Shown: positions 23,381-37,519 of the stretch, one piece after another
Layout: the number at the start of each line of letters is the position of its first letter
How positions within the stretch are numbered: position 1 is the first letter of the stretch
From: Eledone cirrhosa
Lineage: Eukaryota
Assembly (NCBI GenBank): GCA_964016885.1
Contig: OZ024740.1
Location: 25,978,001 to 26,042,000, forward strand
Reading direction: 5' to 3'
DNA length: 64,000 bases
Position numbers and translations under genes: made by a program
Notes under the pieces: model-generated
Seen by the model: only the letters and a program-made list of their open reading frames with translations
Database searches by the model: none
What the model was told of the DNA's origin: nothing

Positions 23381-24005
23381 GAAGGGACTCGGCTGGGAAA
23401 CTACAAAATATGCTGCATCTGATCGTGTAAATTAAAGAATACTCATTGCCGAATATGCCCCAAAGGACCCAAAATTAAGACTAAAATATATATGAAGGAA
23501 AAGGTTGTTCGGTGAATACGATATGAAATGACTAAGAGTAGAGACTTTCAGTAACATCGAATTACTCATCAATTTGTGAAAGTACTAAAAACTAAATCAA
23601 GGGTGGAGATGCAAGTGCTTCCCTCTCTTACAATTGTGGAAACGGGGGTGAATGTAGCGTATGTAGTCATTTGAAATGACCTACAATAATATGTTATTGC
23701 AGGTCACAGTTTGTTTCATATTTGATCTCTGACCCTCCATTTTGTTATATCCATTCCAACAACATTGAAATGTCTTTTTGTATTATAATGCCCTCCATTA
23801 TTCGTGTAGCAATGATACAGAAAATAATTATTATTTCTTAACTCGTTCCATACAATATGGCACCGTGTCACCTGGCGCAACGATGTCCGCAGTATTTGTT
23901 TTAATGTTTCGAGGGAGATGGAGTTGTATATACTTTTTTGTTAGTGTACCATATTAGTATTTGCCCTGGCTCTTAATGATTCGAGTTCAGCATTTCAAGC
24001 GCCTG

Positions 24006-24038
<33 letters not shown>

Positions 24039-24252
24039 GAATGCTATGGTTTACGGAGGCTCGGCTCTGTAAGGTATTGTAAATTTTGACCGCTATAACA
24101 ATTGTAAATTGTTTAAAACTTTAACCAACTTGTAGAAAAAAACACTCTCCTCCTCGTGAGAGGGGTCTTTCTGCCCGTTATTTGGCCCTTCGGGGTTAAA
24201 TAACCGCTTATTGGGGTTTTATGCCCAATATTTATTTTAAACAAAAAAACAA

Positions 24253-26389
24253 CATGGCTACGAAAAAGAATTTTCATAGGTCACTCCCACTCATTCCGTC
24301 TTCTTCTTCCTCAATCGTCACTACAGCAGAGAGAAGATTGTTTCTCTCCCTCATTTCTCTAAATGTGTCTCTCTACCTCCCTTCTCTTTCGCAAGCAACG
24401 CCAGAAAAGAAAAATCACGTGCAAAGCGAGCAAGATTGCTCCACGACGACGACGACAACGATGAAAAAGGTGAGCGGGAAATACGAAAACCCATTTTATT
24501 CGTCTGACGTCATGAATAATAGCAGTAGCAGCCGTAATAACAGCAGCAACAGTGACAAGGAAAACAACAGTAGCAGCCGCAACAGCATCAGCAGCAACAT
24601 AAACAACAACAGCATTAGCAGCAACAACAACAGCAGCAGCAGCAACAACAACAACAACAGCAACAGCGGTGGCGGCAGTAGTCGTAGTACCTGCAGCAAC
24701 AACAAAAGTAACAGCAGCTCTGACGACAACAACAACAACAACAGGAGCAAAGAAAAACCAATCTTGTTTGCAGGTATCGAAAAGAACCTGGAAACCATCC
24801 TCATAAGAAATGAGGAATTAGAGGAAGCGAAGAAGATGGTGACAAAAACTGGACACCGAGCAATCTGCAAGGCAGCCGAAAATTTTTTCGAAACCCAACA
24901 GCACTGCACGGTCACGTACCGTACAGTAAGTACAAAATCCCGTAGGGTTGAAAGAGCCACAGAGGCTCAAATACAAAAAGCCTTGGGGTCTGTGTCGCAG
25001 CGGAAAACGCACATCACCCGAGGCAAGAAATATGCCACCGTAGACGTACATTTTGCCACACCCAGGAGGCAAAGGCTCAATCCTTAGTGACCCTAAGGAG
25101 CGAGGAAATGGTGTTGGTGCCCTCCTACTGCGGGCAAAAAATTGTGAGGGTCAAACTGACCCACGTCCCCCCCCCCCCCCCCCCGGTATTGCCTCTTCTT
25201 GGCTAGCCGCGTTTGTCCGCGTCGGAATCGAGGACAAAACAACTGTACTGCAAGTACAGAAAAAAGTAAGAGAAGATTGGGTCGGCACCTCCATTGAGAT
25301 GTTAATCCAAACCAACCAGGAGTGCATTGAAGCTATCCCGGATGTGATAGACTTCGATAACGGCACTCAACTGCCCATAAGTGTTGAGGGCAAACGCCCG
25401 AAATGCTTTCGCTGTGGATCGAAGACTCACCACAGGGCCTTCTGCAACGAGAAGACCCTGAGAAAGGAGAAAACCCCCCTTCTCTGAAACCTGCTCCACG
25501 GCTACCAGCAACAGGACAAGCGGCAACCAGGAACGATAGGTCCGTGGCACCCATACCCACGCCACGGAAATCAAAAACAGCAACAGCAGTGGAGGTATTA
25601 ACAACAACAACAGCAATACCAAATGCAGCTGCAACAGAGACTCCAGTGCAAACATCACCAACAACAACAAGTGAAGGAGTGGAGCTGGTACTCCTCCCTG
25701 ACCTCACAGAATCAGACATGGAGTGTGAGGTGGGAGAGGGATGGCAAAAGGTCGTAAGAAGGCACAAACGCAGAAGCAGCGCATCGTCGCCTTCGAAAAG
25801 GGAGGAAATAAATGAAAAAAGGGTAAAGGCTACTGCAAAGAGACTCACAGCAGCAACACCACCAACACCATCACCACCCACACTAGCACCACCATCACCA
25901 CCGGCGACAACCCCACCGCCAACAACAACAACACCTTCAACACCACCACCACAACCACCAACATCTCAAACACAACAACAAAACACACACACCCAACAAT
26001 AACGACAAGAAAATAGCAGAACCCCACCCCACCCCCAGAAAAACAAATACACGGCAATAAATACACACAACAAGAAACTAATGAGTTACATAATTGAACA
26101 CACAGACATTTCACAACACGACTACATAATACCAACACCAATCAAAACGCCAACTAACATAAGACTGCTAAAAATAGCACAGAAACAATACACAAACATT
26201 AAAACGAAATTCCCCAACGCAGTTGGTGATTTCAGAGACCTAGGAGGGACTCTCAACCGAAGAGTATATTCGGACATACTCATAGAAGAGCCGAGGACCA
26301 GCCGAAGGGACGATTCAACCGTCCCTTCACCAGACGATCAAGTGAAAAGGGATGTAAAAACCATCCCTCCTCTACGAAAAGTACGGTAA
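24253..26389 (+). pseudogene. LINE ORF1 (CCHC knuckle), disrupted
   Basis: Fragments 24221-25087, 25053-25487, 25403-26002 and 26081-26389 match the intact ORF1 of copy 2. Contains CFRCGSKTHHRAFC. Confidence 0.85.
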
Positions 26390-26424
26390 GTGGTCTTTCC
26401 CATCTTTTCCACTCTATTTTAAAC

Positions 26425-29400
26425 ATGACCTCACTCAGAATAGGCAGCATAAATGCGCGTGGCTTGGGGTTGTCATGGAAGCAGGGTCACCTGCTCAACG
26501 ACATCAGGTCACTAAACATAGATGTAGTGGCCATCAGCGAGACCAGAATCTCCGAAGCACGGGTCTTCGCACCGATCTTCGGCGGCTACGATGTGTACGC
26601 ATCTCCCAGCCGTCCTAGATCGGGGGGAGGAGTGGCTGTGCTTTTTGGGAGATGTTTGGATCTCGCCATACGGGCCATCTTCCTGGACCCAGAGGGTAAG
26701 TTGGTGGTGCTGGACGTGACCAGCGGAGACGGGCAAGCTTTCAGGGTAGTGGCCGTCTATGCCCCGACAGGAGCAGGGCGGCCGCATTTCTTCCGGCGTC
26801 TGGAGACCGTTCTTGGAACGTCCCGCTCTTTAGTGTTAGTGGGCGACTGGAACGGGATCTTAGATGCACGCCGGGACTGTGTGGGATTAGCGGATAGTGG
26901 TGGAGGGTGCAAGAGCCTCACCAACCTACTCAGGCGTTTTGAACTGTCTGACAGGCACCGATTGGATTTCCCGAATGTGCCAATGTGGACTTGAACAAAT
27001 CGCATAGGGTCATCCAGATCATATCTAGATAGAGTATTTTGTAGGGAAATAGATAGGTCTAGCATAGGCTGTCCACAATTCAAAATAGTCAGCTACACGG
27101 ACACAAATTCGTGATCTGTGTGCTTGACTTAGATAGGCTTCATAGACGAGGACCCGGCTACTGGAAGCTAAACGCGTCCTTACCAGCGCACAAGGCCTAC
27201 AGAGACCGGATTAGCGAACTAGTTAAGCGGGCGTTGACGGGGGCCATCGTCAACAATGATGGTTTGCTCTGAAAAGAGCGATTAGAATAGAATCGATTAG
27301 GTTTAGTAAGGCTTTGCAATGGAGAAAAATAGTGCAGAGGGAGAACTAGTTAGAAAATTAGACGAGGCGCTTAGCAAATGCATTGCGACCGACGTGCTTG
27401 CGGCGAAATTGGCCCTTGACCAATTCTTCAATGCAAAGCACGAATGCTGCGTTGTCAGAGCTAGGGTGCGTGCTCTCAGACACGAGGGGACGAAAGCCGT
27501 TCAATGGGCCCGAGTGGCGGAGGCGCGTCATGGCAACAAAGACACGATCCGGTCTTTGGTGGACCACGACGGTCGCATGCTACTCGATCCCGGGCAAATG
27601 TGTGAAGCTTTTTCAGCGACACTTCGCTCAGCCGTTCGGGGGCATCGGTGGCCTTGTCGGGGGATGGACTTTAGTGTCTACCTCGACGGACTGCCGCGGC
27701 TCTCAGCCACAGAGGCGGAGTGTTGCGAAGAGCCGATAACAGCCGATGAAGTAAGGGAGGCAATGACTGGCTGCACAGGGGGGAAATCGCCTGGTTTGGA
27801 TGGTCTGCCCTATGAACTTTACGTACAGATGCCAGATTTGTTCGGAGGCCTCTTGGCGGACGTCTACTACAACTGGCAACAGAACGGGAGAATTCCCAGT
27901 TCTGTGAGCCGAGGAGCGGTGGCACTGTGGAGAAAGGATCCGAACAAGGGAGATATCATAGATAATTTCCGGCCCATAATTCTGCTAAACACAGAGTTCA
28001 AGATGTTGGCCAAGGTGCTAGCAAAGAGGTTAGAGCTTGTCGTTGGTGGTCTGGTGGGAGAGGCGCAGACATGCGCCATTCCCGACAGATCCATCCACGA
28101 CAACCTCCACCTCATGCGATACATCGTAGAGAGGGTAGCTAGGGAACCTGGAACGGGTGGGACCCTGATCAATTTAGATCAGTCGAAAGCTTTCGATAGG
28201 GTCGACCATCGTTACCTAGAGGCAGTCCTGAGGGCGGCTGGCTTTGGCCCCGTCTTCAGAGGCTGGATCGCTGCCATGCACAGCGACATCTGCTCTGTGG
28301 TGAGAGTGAACGGTCACCTTTCGGAACCGTTCAACATCATGCGCTCGGTCCGCCAAGGATGTCCCCTCTCGTCCCTCTTGTACGTATTGACTCTCGAGCC
28401 ATTACTGCACAAACTGGAGACGTTGAGGGGCGTACCGCGCGAACTAGGATGCGGAAGATCCGTGTCAGCATATGCGGACGATGTCACCGTAGTGGTGTCG
28501 AACGCCAAACACATCGGGGCGATCGGCATTACACTAAGAGAATACGAAGCGATGACAGGAGCAATGATCAACCAGGAAAAGTCAGTGGGCCTGCAGCTCG
28601 GCACCTGGAGAGGCAGGTCCATGCCGTCCAACAGCGTCGTCGGACGCTGGACGGACGGACCGGTTAAATTGCTAGGGGTCTGGTTCGGTCCGGACCTCCA
28701 GACGGACAGAAACTGGGACGAGGTGACGAGCAGGGTGGCTTCTCTCACCCAGAAATGGGCGGAGAGAAAGCTATCCCTGAAAGGTCGAGCGGAGGTGGCT
28801 AACGCGTACATCGCGGCTGTCATCTGCTACCGCCTGACTGTCGTACCTTGTCCTAAGCCCCGCCTGACTGCGCTGGAGCGTTTGCTCTTTCGCTTTTTGT
28901 GGAAGGGACGCGCTCCGATGGTCAGGCGGTCCATCTGCTGTCAACACCCGCTACTGGGGCTGGGAATGCCGTGGCTGATGATGCGCAGACACGCGCTCAG
29001 GCTACGACATCTCCACCTCTTCCTCGACGGTGATCAGGTGTGGTCGCCATTTGCTAGATACGTATTTCCCCAGCTCGTTTCCTTGACGGAGCTGCAGTCC
29101 TGGGTCAAGCGAAGACCGAGGGGAGCGCCTGGAGACTGGAATGTCTTCAGACGCTCACAGCCCTTGACCGATCGGGCAATGTGATCGGTGGAAACTCCAC
29201 CTCGGCGTTCTATAGAGGATTAGTGGAGGGGAAGAGCGACGACGTACTTGGAGAAACTCTAGGCGTCGACGAAAATCAACTAGCCAATCTCTTCGGAAGA
29301 ACTTTCGGGCCAGGGCCTATGGACAACTTCCAGAAATCTCTGGCCTGGCAGTGCTACCGAGGAGCCTTGCCAGTTCGGGATAAACTCTATAGGCATGGAG

Positions 29401-29834
29401 GTGCCGTTAGCCGGGCATGTCCGAGATACGCGCAGGGCGACGAAACCGTCCTGCACGCACTCGTCCAGTGTCCGAAAATTGCTGACTTGTGGGTTTATGT
29501 CGAACACCTGCTGTCGCGTGTAGGACGGATCCCGCTATCATCTGAGTCCATCGTGAGGATTTCCCCACCCTCCTCCTTTAGCCGGGAAGGGCAGGTAGTT
29601 TTTATCTGCCTGGTGGCCATGGCGAAAGAGATAGTATGGTGGACACGTTTGAAAGGGATGAAGATGAGCACTTACCTCTTCGGTGATGTTCTGATTGACT
29701 TTTTCAAATTTCATTTGAGAAGGAAAATCAGAGTAGAGAGGGAAGTGATCTCTTCCCAGCATTTTGTTGAAAGATGGGTGAGAGAAGCAAGAATGGCCCG
29801 AGTGAATGGGCCTACTCTGAGTATATATCTGTAA
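26425..29834 (+). pseudogene. LINE ORF2 (APE-RT-zinc finger), disrupted
   Basis: TGG-to-TGA stop at ~26992 plus frameshifts. Motifs SINARGL, GDWN, KSPGLDG, RQGCPLS, YADD. Confidence 0.9.
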
Positions 29835-30108
29835 ATTAAAGGTAGAAAACTGGGAGAGGGCAATTGCCTTGGTGGTCAGGGTCACTGTGGCCTTTTACTG
29901 GGCTTTCTCCACAAATGTGCCTCGGAAGTCTCCCCCCTATTGGGGAATTTTTCATTGGTATTTTTTGTTACATCCTGTTTTTGTTTTTTACACGCAGAAA
30001 TGCCCATTTGTACCGTACTGTATTGTCCTGCACTGCCCTTAATGTCTACTTTATGTAAACCCTTGTGGTTAATAAATAAATCATTATTATTATTATTGTT
30101 GTTATTAC

Positions 30109-33100
30109 TCTTTGAGTCTCAGTCATTGATGTTAGTTAACTGGAAAGATTGTTGAAATGAATATCAAGCCACTACCTGCAGCCTCAGATATTCAGGACGT
30201 ATCGGAGGGTTCTTGCTGTTCCCAGCAAGCATACCTTTTGAAGCGTTCCAAAAAGCGTGAAGGGGCCAATTTCCTTTAACCATCCCTGGACACTTTTTGA
30301 GATAGTCCCTAGTGCGCCTATGACAATCGGGATCACTTTGACTTCATGGCAGTTCCAAATCCTTTTTACCTCCCACTTTAAGTCTTGGTATCGGTTAATT
30401 TTCTCCCTCTCCTTCTCTTGCACTCTCGTGTCGAATGGGCAGGACATATCCACAATCAGACACGATCTTTTTTCTTTGTCCACAACCACCAGGTCAGGTC
30501 TATTGTGTTCCAGTTTCTTGTCCGTCTGTATCATGAAATCCCACAGCACCTTCACCTGATCGTTTTCTATCACCGACTCTGGCTTATGCTCATACCACTT
30601 CTCAGAATGTGGTAAATTGTTTAGTTTGCATAGGTGCCAGTGGATCACCCTGCACATCACATCATGTCTCCAGCCCTTATAGTGAGTCTGGGCTAGGTGT
30701 TTACATTCGGATACAATATGAGCCACAGTCTCTCCTCTCTCTCCACAGATCCTGCACAGTGGGCTAGCGTCATCCTTGTAAATATGGTGTTTCAACCACT
30801 TCGTTTTGAGGGCCTGCTCCTGCGCAGCCATTAACATTCCTTCTGTAGCCTTTTTAAGGTCTCCTCTTTTCAACCAGTTCCATGTCTGTGGATCTCTAAA
30901 TTCAGTTTTCTCAAAGAAGGTACTATGAAGGTGTTTTTCCTGAAAGCTGCTCTTTCTCCTTGATGTTATTTCCTCCTTGGACATCCCCTGGCCTATTGTC
31001 CCCTCCTTCAGTACAGTTCTGAGCATTGGCTCCTTACTATCAGTCACGTAATTGTGTAGGTTGTTTTTCTCCATCTGAACACAGTCCTCTATGCTGATAA
31101 AACCTCTTCCACCCTCAGATCTCCTTAAGTAGAGTCTATCGACATCACTCCTCTTGTGGAACATGTTGTAGATAGTCAAAAGCTTCCTAGTCTTCCTATC
31201 CATTTATTTCTGTTCAGCAACATTCCATCTCAGAATTCCCGCACTGTACCTAATAATAGACACAGATCGGGAATTTACTGCACTTATGGCATTCCTACTG
31301 TTCAGGTGTGACTTTAATACGCTCTTTACTCTCCGAATGTATTCAGTTCTTATCAATTCCTTCATTTTTTTGTTCTTGATGTCATCAGCCTCCAGAACGC
31401 CCAATACTTGTATCCTTTTTCAGAGTCAATTTCCTTTATCATCTCACCCGTTGGTACCTGGTTTCCGTTACTTCTGCTCAACTTAACCCTCTTCATCACA
31501 ATGACTCCACACTTACTAATACCAAATTGCATGCATATATTATTGCTGGAAATACGGACAGTGTCAACAAGCACATCCAACTCCTTCTCACTCTTCCCGA
31601 AGAGCTTAAGACCGTCCATGAAGAGGGGGTGATTGATGGTAAGCCCTCCATTTCCCAACCTGTATGCTGCTCTCACTTTTTCGCAAATGCCTTTTTGTAG
31701 TCTATCCATCCCATGGCAAGACCAGTGTGTCTCCTCTTGCAATTCCTCATTACCATCTTATCAATAAGTAACTGGTCCTTTGTACCACGTGACTTCTTTC
31801 GGCATCCTTTCTGTTCGTCCGGTAACAAGTTGTTTGTGTGGAGGTGATGGTAGATTTCCTCAGACATAATGCTTGTCAACAGTTTCCACATTACGGACAG
31901 ACATGTGATAGGTCTATATTTGGTAACATCATTAGCCTTGATTCGGTCTTTCATTATCAGAACTGTGGTACCTTTTGTCAACCACTCTGGTACCTCACCT
32001 GACATCAAGCAGACATTGAACATGGTTGTCAGTTTCGGGTGGAGGGATGTTATATTTTTTAATCCAATACTCCTGCACACCATCTGGGCATGGTGATTTC
32101 CAGTTGGTTAGTTTTTTGACCTGCCCCTTAAGAGTTTCAACTGTGATACTCAAATCAGTTTGATGGTGTGCCTATTCACTAATCTCCTTCTGTACTGTCT
32201 CAATCCACACTGCCTGGTCATTATGTTTAACATCCTGCTCCAATATTCCTCTCCAGAATGTTTTAGTTTGTTCCGCCTCAGGGATCAAGTCGTTGCCTCT
32301 TTCTTTCCCTTCAAGCTGTCCAAACAGCATCTTCTGGTTGTTGTCGAACATGCGGTTCTATCTATACTGGCTGACTCTGTTCTCGTATCGCCTGATTTTT
32401 GCACTCTTTGCTACAATGCGTTGCTTCAGTTCCTCTATGATAATATTTAGCTTTTCCTCCGAGTTTTGTACTTTATTTCCAGTCTATTTTTAGTGTCTAT
32501 GTTTTTTAGTGTCCCATTCAGTAGGGACTCAAGCTTTCCAATGTCATTTCTCATTTCCCTGATTTGACCACTCAGTCGTTTCTTCCACCAAGGCTCTGCT
32601 CTTTCTTGTCTGTTGTTTCCTCTCGCTTTTATACCAAGTAGTTTCCTCACCGTATTTGCTGTTGCTTTGAGGATATTGTTGCACTGGTGAAGGCTCCTCG
32701 CCTCAAGGTATGGGATGACTTTGTTTACCTTAGTCGTTGTTTCTTTTAACTTTTTCCTGTCTACAAATCTTAGGTTCATAGGTCTCCCACTATCATTGTT
32801 CAATTCATCTACCACTAAGTTTAGGATATCAACCAAATCTTGTCCTAGCCCATCAGCATTCATCTCCTCAGTGGCCGTATCTCTGTTCCAGGTATTATTT
32901 ATCTCAGCATTCAGATCATTGTCTGCTTCAGGTGGTTCCTCCGTTCTCTCGACCTCTTCACCTTCATTTCCTACTGGCTCGTTTGCCTGGCATACTCCAC
33001 TCTCCATCTCCAAGCTAATCTCTCTGCTCAGTTCCTCCAGTTCCAGCTCGCTTATCCACCCATTAGTTCTTATTACCCGAGCCTGCCCGGCCAATTTTTG

Positions 33101-34340
33101 TTCATCTAATTTAAATAGACCAATCTCGTTCCAGATGTTATGCATCCGTTTCCGATAGCCTTTCTCCTTGGGGTTACTCTTCAGGTAACATTGCATAACA
33201 GTTCTATTCAATTATTTCGTCCAGTTGGTTCTGGTCTCTTTCCTTCTTCTTGTTCCTCCGACACCAGCAGTATTTGGTTGACAGCCAGGTCCCTGCTGCT
33301 GAGCCAGGGAGCACCTGTTGGGTGAGAGTCTGTCACATGACTATCTAGTCTCCATTTCACCGTTATTCGAACTGTTTAGGTTCGACATTTAAACACTCTT
33401 ATCGAGGATTGGCGAATGTATGGTTACATAACCACCGGTGAATTCATCGTCTCCGGTGGTTCCATCACTCCACGTGATTTTTGTGTGGCATTATCACGCT
33501 GTAGACGAACATAAATAAACAAACAAACAAACAGGCAAAAAAAACCCCCAAAAATGAATAAGCATAAGTTTCATTGTAATGTAGTGTTTGAATGTCTGAC
33601 TTAGTTTTTCCCTTCCCTTCTCTGTCCGTCTGTTTGTTTTTCTCTTCATTTTTCTTTTCTTTACGTTTTTCGTTGTTGCTGTGCTGCTTTGATTTTGATT
33701 TTTGTTTTTTTTATTTTGACCGGGTCATCAATTCAGTCTATTTATATATTTTGATGCCTTCCTCTTTTAGTGGGGTTTCTACGATGTAGCAGGGGGTAGC
33801 GGAAGAGAATAGCGGCGGTAGTGATAATGAGGCAGTGGTGGTGGTGGCGGTGCTGTGCTAGCAGCAACTAGCAGGAGGTAGTGGGAGAGAATAGCGGCGG
33901 TAGCGATAAATCATTATTAGGCAGTGGTGGTGGTGATGTGGTCGTATTACTTTAGTGATGGTGTGGGCGGTGGATTGGCAGTATCGGTAAGGGTCGGACG
34001 CCATGCTTTGAAGCATAGCGTTACCTCCCTTTATGATCTGAGTTCAAATCCCGCCGAGGTTAACTTTGCCTTTCATCCTTACGGGGTCGATAAAATAAAG
34101 TACCAGTAATGCACTGGAATAATTGCTGGCCTTGTGCCAAAAGTAGAAACAATTACTTTAGTGATGGTGTTGAAGTGAGAGTAGAAATAGCGGTTGAGTC
34201 GACTTAACCAGAGTTTTCCTCGTGGTAGGGTGGTGGTGTTGGTGGTGAAATTATCTTTAGTTATTTAGTCATTTTGGCATCTTCCTCTTTTTCGACTCTA
34301 ACATTCCTGATCCAAAATTAAATATTAATCTTGTTTATTA
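30109..34340 (-). mobile_element. R4/Dong-clade RLE retrotransposon, family I copy A (degenerate, internal RT deletion near 31686, SINE in 5' UTR)
   Basis: ORF fragments 30184-33211 match copy D. CRICG...HIVSEC knuckle, RHD, NRPDL..D endonuclease. (TAA)n at both ends. The 5' boundary is approximate. Confidence 0.88.
33965..34151 (+). mobile_element. tRNA-derived SINE, family 1, with 19-bp TSD
   Basis: ATTACTTTAGTGATGGTGT occurs at 33946 and 34152. Confidence 0.9.
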
Positions 34341-34381
34341 ATATTGTTATTATTATTATTATTATTATTGTTATTGTTATT

Positions 34382-35132
34382 CCTTGAATCTCAGTCATTG
34401 ATGTTGGTTAACTGGAAAGTCCGTTGGATTGAATATGAAGCCACTACCTGCAGCCTCAGATATTCAGGACGTATCGGAGGGTTCTTGCTGTTCCAAGCAA
34501 GCATGCCTTTTGAAGCGTTCCAAAAAGCGTGAAGGGGCCGATTTTCTTTAACCATCCCTGGAAACTTTTGGAGATAGTCCCCAGTGCGCCTATGACAATC
34601 GGGATCACTTTGACTTCATGGCAGTTCCAAATCCTTTTCACCTCCCACTTTAGGTCCTGGTATCGGTTAATTTTCTCCCTCTCCTTCTCTTGCACTCTCG
34701 TGTCGAACGGGCAGGCCACATCCACAATCAGGCACGATCTTTTTTCTTTGTCCACAACCACCAGGTCAGGTCTATTGTGTTCCAGTTTTTTGTCCGTCTG
34801 TATCCTAAAATCCCACAGCACCTTCACCTGATTGTTCTCCATCACCGCCTCTGGCCTATGCTCATACCATTTCTCAGAATGTGGTAGATTGTTTACTTTG
34901 CACAGGTGCCAGTGGATCCCCCTGCCCATCACATCGTGTCTCCAGCCCTTATAGTGGGTCTGGGCTAGGTGTTTACACTCGGACACAATGTGAGCCACAG
35001 TCTCCTCTCTCTCTCCACAGATCCTGCATAGTGGGCTAGCCTCCTCCTTGTAGATATGGTGCTTCAACCACTTCGTTTTGAGGGCCTGCTCCTGCGCAGC
35101 CATTAGCATTCCTTCTATAGCCTTTTTGAGGT

Positions 35133-35135
<3 letters not shown>
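34382..35135 (-). mobile_element. Dong family I copy B, 5'-truncated
   Basis: ORF 34456-35109 encodes the CCHC+RLE region. Flanked by (TAA)n. Confidence 0.9.
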
Positions 35136-35171
<36 letters not shown>

Positions 35172-35387
35172 GAATGCCATGGTTGACGGAGGCTCGGCTC
35201 TGTAAGGTATAGTAATTTTTAACCGTTAAAACAATTGTAAATTGTTTAAAACTTGAACCAAATTGTTGATAAAGACACCCTCCTCCTCGTGAGAGGGGTC
35301 TTTCTGTCCGTTATTTGGCCCTTCGGGGTTAAATAACCAGTTATTGGGGTTTTGTACCCAAAATTTCATTTTAAACAAAAAAACAAC

Positions 35388-37484
35388 ATGGCTACGAAAA
35401 AGAAATTTCATACGTCACTCCCACTCATTCCGTCTTCTTCTTCCTCAATCATCACTACAGCAGAGAGAAGATTGTCTCTCTCCCTCCCTTCTTTAAATGT
35501 GTCTCTCTCCCTCCCTTCTCTTTCGCAAGTGACGAAAGAAAAGAAAAGTCTCGTGCAAAGCGTGCAAGGTCTCTCCACGACGACGACGACAGCGACGAAA
35601 CAGGTGTGCGGGAAATACGAAAACCCAGTTCATTCGTCTGACGTCAGGAATAATAGCAGTAGCAGCCGTAATAACAACAGCAACAGTGACAATGAAAACA
35701 ACAGTAGCAGCCGCAACAGCATCACCAGCAGCATAAACAACAACAGCATTAGCAGCAGCAACACCAACAACAACCACAGCAACAGCGGCGGAGGCAGTAG
35801 TCGTAGTACCTGCAGCAACAACAAAAGTACCAGCAGCTCTAACGACAACAACAACAGCAGAGAAAAACCAATCTCATTTGCAGGTATTGCGAAAAACTTG
35901 GAAACAATCCTCATAACAAATGAGGAATTAGAGGAAGCGAAGAAGATGGTGACAAAGAACGGACACCGAGCAATCTGCAAGGCAGCGAAAAATTTTTTCG
36001 AAACCCAAGAGCACTGTACGGTCACGTACCGTACAGTAAGTACAAAATCCCGTAGGGTGGAAAGAGCCACAGAGGCCCAAATACAAAAAGCCTTGGGGTC
36101 TGTGTGGCAGAGGAAAACGCACATCACCCGAGGCAAAAAATACGCCACCGTAGACGTACTTTTTGCCACACCCCAGGAGGCAAAGGCCCAATCAGTAGTG
36201 ACCCTAAGGAGCGAGGAAATGGTGTTGGTGCCCTCCTACTGCGGGCAAAAAATTGTGAGGGTCAAACTGACCCACGTCCCCCCCGGAATGACCCCTTCTT
36301 GGCTGGCCGCGTCTGTCCTCGTCGGAATCGAGGACAAAACAACTGTACTGCAAGTACAGAAAAAAGTAAGAGAAGATTGGGTCGGCTCCTCCATTGAGAT
36401 GCTAATCCAAACCAACCAGGAGTGCATCGAAGCTATCCCGGATGTGATAGACTTCGATAACGGCACTCAACTGCCCATAAGTGTTGAGGGCAAACGCCCG
36501 AAATGCTTTCGCTGTGGATCGAAGACTCACCTCAGGGCCTTCTGCAACGAGAAGACCCTGAGAAAGGAGAAAACCCCCCTCCTTCCGAATCCGGCTCCAC
36601 GGCTACCAGCAACAGGACAAGCGGCAACCAGGAACGATAGGTCCGTGGCACCCATACCCACTCCACGGAAATCAAAGACAGCAGCAGCAGTGGAAATATT
36701 AACAACAACAACAGCAATACCAAATGCAGCTGCAACAGAGACTCCAGTGCAAACATCACCAACAACAACAAGTGAAAGAGTGGAGCTGGTACCCCTCCCC
36801 GACCTTACAGAATCAGACATGGAGTGTGAGGTGGGAGAGGGATGGCAAAAGGTCGCAAGAAGGCACAAACGCAGAAGCAGCGCATCGTCGCCTTTGAAAA
36901 GGGAGGAAAGAAATGAGAAAAGGGTAAAGTCTACTGCAAAGAGACCCACAGCAGCAACAACACCAACACCATCACCACCCACACTAGCGCCACCATCACC
37001 ACCGGCGACAACCCCACCGCCAACAACACCTTCAACACCACCACCACAAGCACCAACATCGCAAACACAACAACAAAACACACACACCCAGCAACAACGA
37101 CAAGAAAATAGCAGAACCACACCCCACCCCCAGAAAAACAAATGCACGGCAATAAACACACACAACAAGAAACTAATGACTTACATAATTGAACACACAG
37201 ACATTTCACAACAGGACTACATAATACCAGCACCAATCAAAACGCCAACTAACATAAGACTGCTAAAAATAGCACAGAAACAATACACAAACATTAAAAC
37301 GAAATTCCCCAACGCAGTTGGTGATTTCAGGGACCTAGGAGGAACCATTAATCGAAGAGTATATTCAGACATTCTCTTAGGAGAGCCGACGACCAGCCGA
37401 AGGGACGATTCAACGGTCCCTTCACCAGACGATCAAGTGAAAAGGGATGTAAAAACCATCCCTCCTCTACCAAAAGTACGGTAA
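35388..37484 (+). CDS. LINE ORF1 protein (CX2CX4HX4C knuckle, low-complexity N/S and T/P tracts)
   Basis: Open frame 35352-37484. First ATG (MATKKK) at 35388. Contains CFRCGSKTHLRAFC. Confidence 0.85.
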   Translation: MATKKKFHTSLPLIPSSSSSIITTAERRLSLSLPSLNVSLSLPSLSQVTKEKKSLVQSVQGLSTTTTTATKQVCGKYENPVHSSDVRNNSSSSRNNNSNSDNENNSSSRNSITSSINNNSISSSNTNNNHSNSGGGSSRSTCSNNKSTSSSNDNNNSREKPISFAGIAKNLETILITNEELEEAKKMVTKNGHRAICKAAKNFFETQEHCTVTYRTVSTKSRRVERATEAQIQKALGSVWQRKTHITRGKKYATVDVLFATPQEAKAQSVVTLRSEEMVLVPSYCGQKIVRVKLTHVPPGMTPSWLAASVLVGIEDKTTVLQVQKKVREDWVGSSIEMLIQTNQECIEAIPDVIDFDNGTQLPISVEGKRPKCFRCGSKTHLRAFCNEKTLRKEKTPLLPNPAPRLPATGQAATRNDRSVAPIPTPRKSKTAAAVEILTTTTAIPNAAATETPVQTSPTTTSERVELVPLPDLTESDMECEVGEGWQKVARRHKRRSSASSPLKREERNEKRVKSTAKRPTAATTPTPSPPTLAPPSPPATTPPPTTPSTPPPQAPTSQTQQQNTHTQQQRQENSRTTPHPQKNKCTAINTHNKKLMTYIIEHTDISQQDYIIPAPIKTPTNIRLLKIAQKQYTNIKTKFPNAVGDFRDLGGTINRRVYSDILLGEPTTSRRDDSTVPSPDDQVKRDVKTIPPLPKVR

Positions 37485-37519
37485 GTGGTCTTTCCCATCT
37501 TTTCCACTCTATTTTAAAC

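Larger units (their letters stand above)
24039..30082 (+). mobile_element. L1/Tx1-type LINE, full-length degenerate copy 1, flanked by (ATT)n
   Basis: Collinear with 35172-40944 from GAATGC to AATC. Two-ORF structure. Confidence 0.92.
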
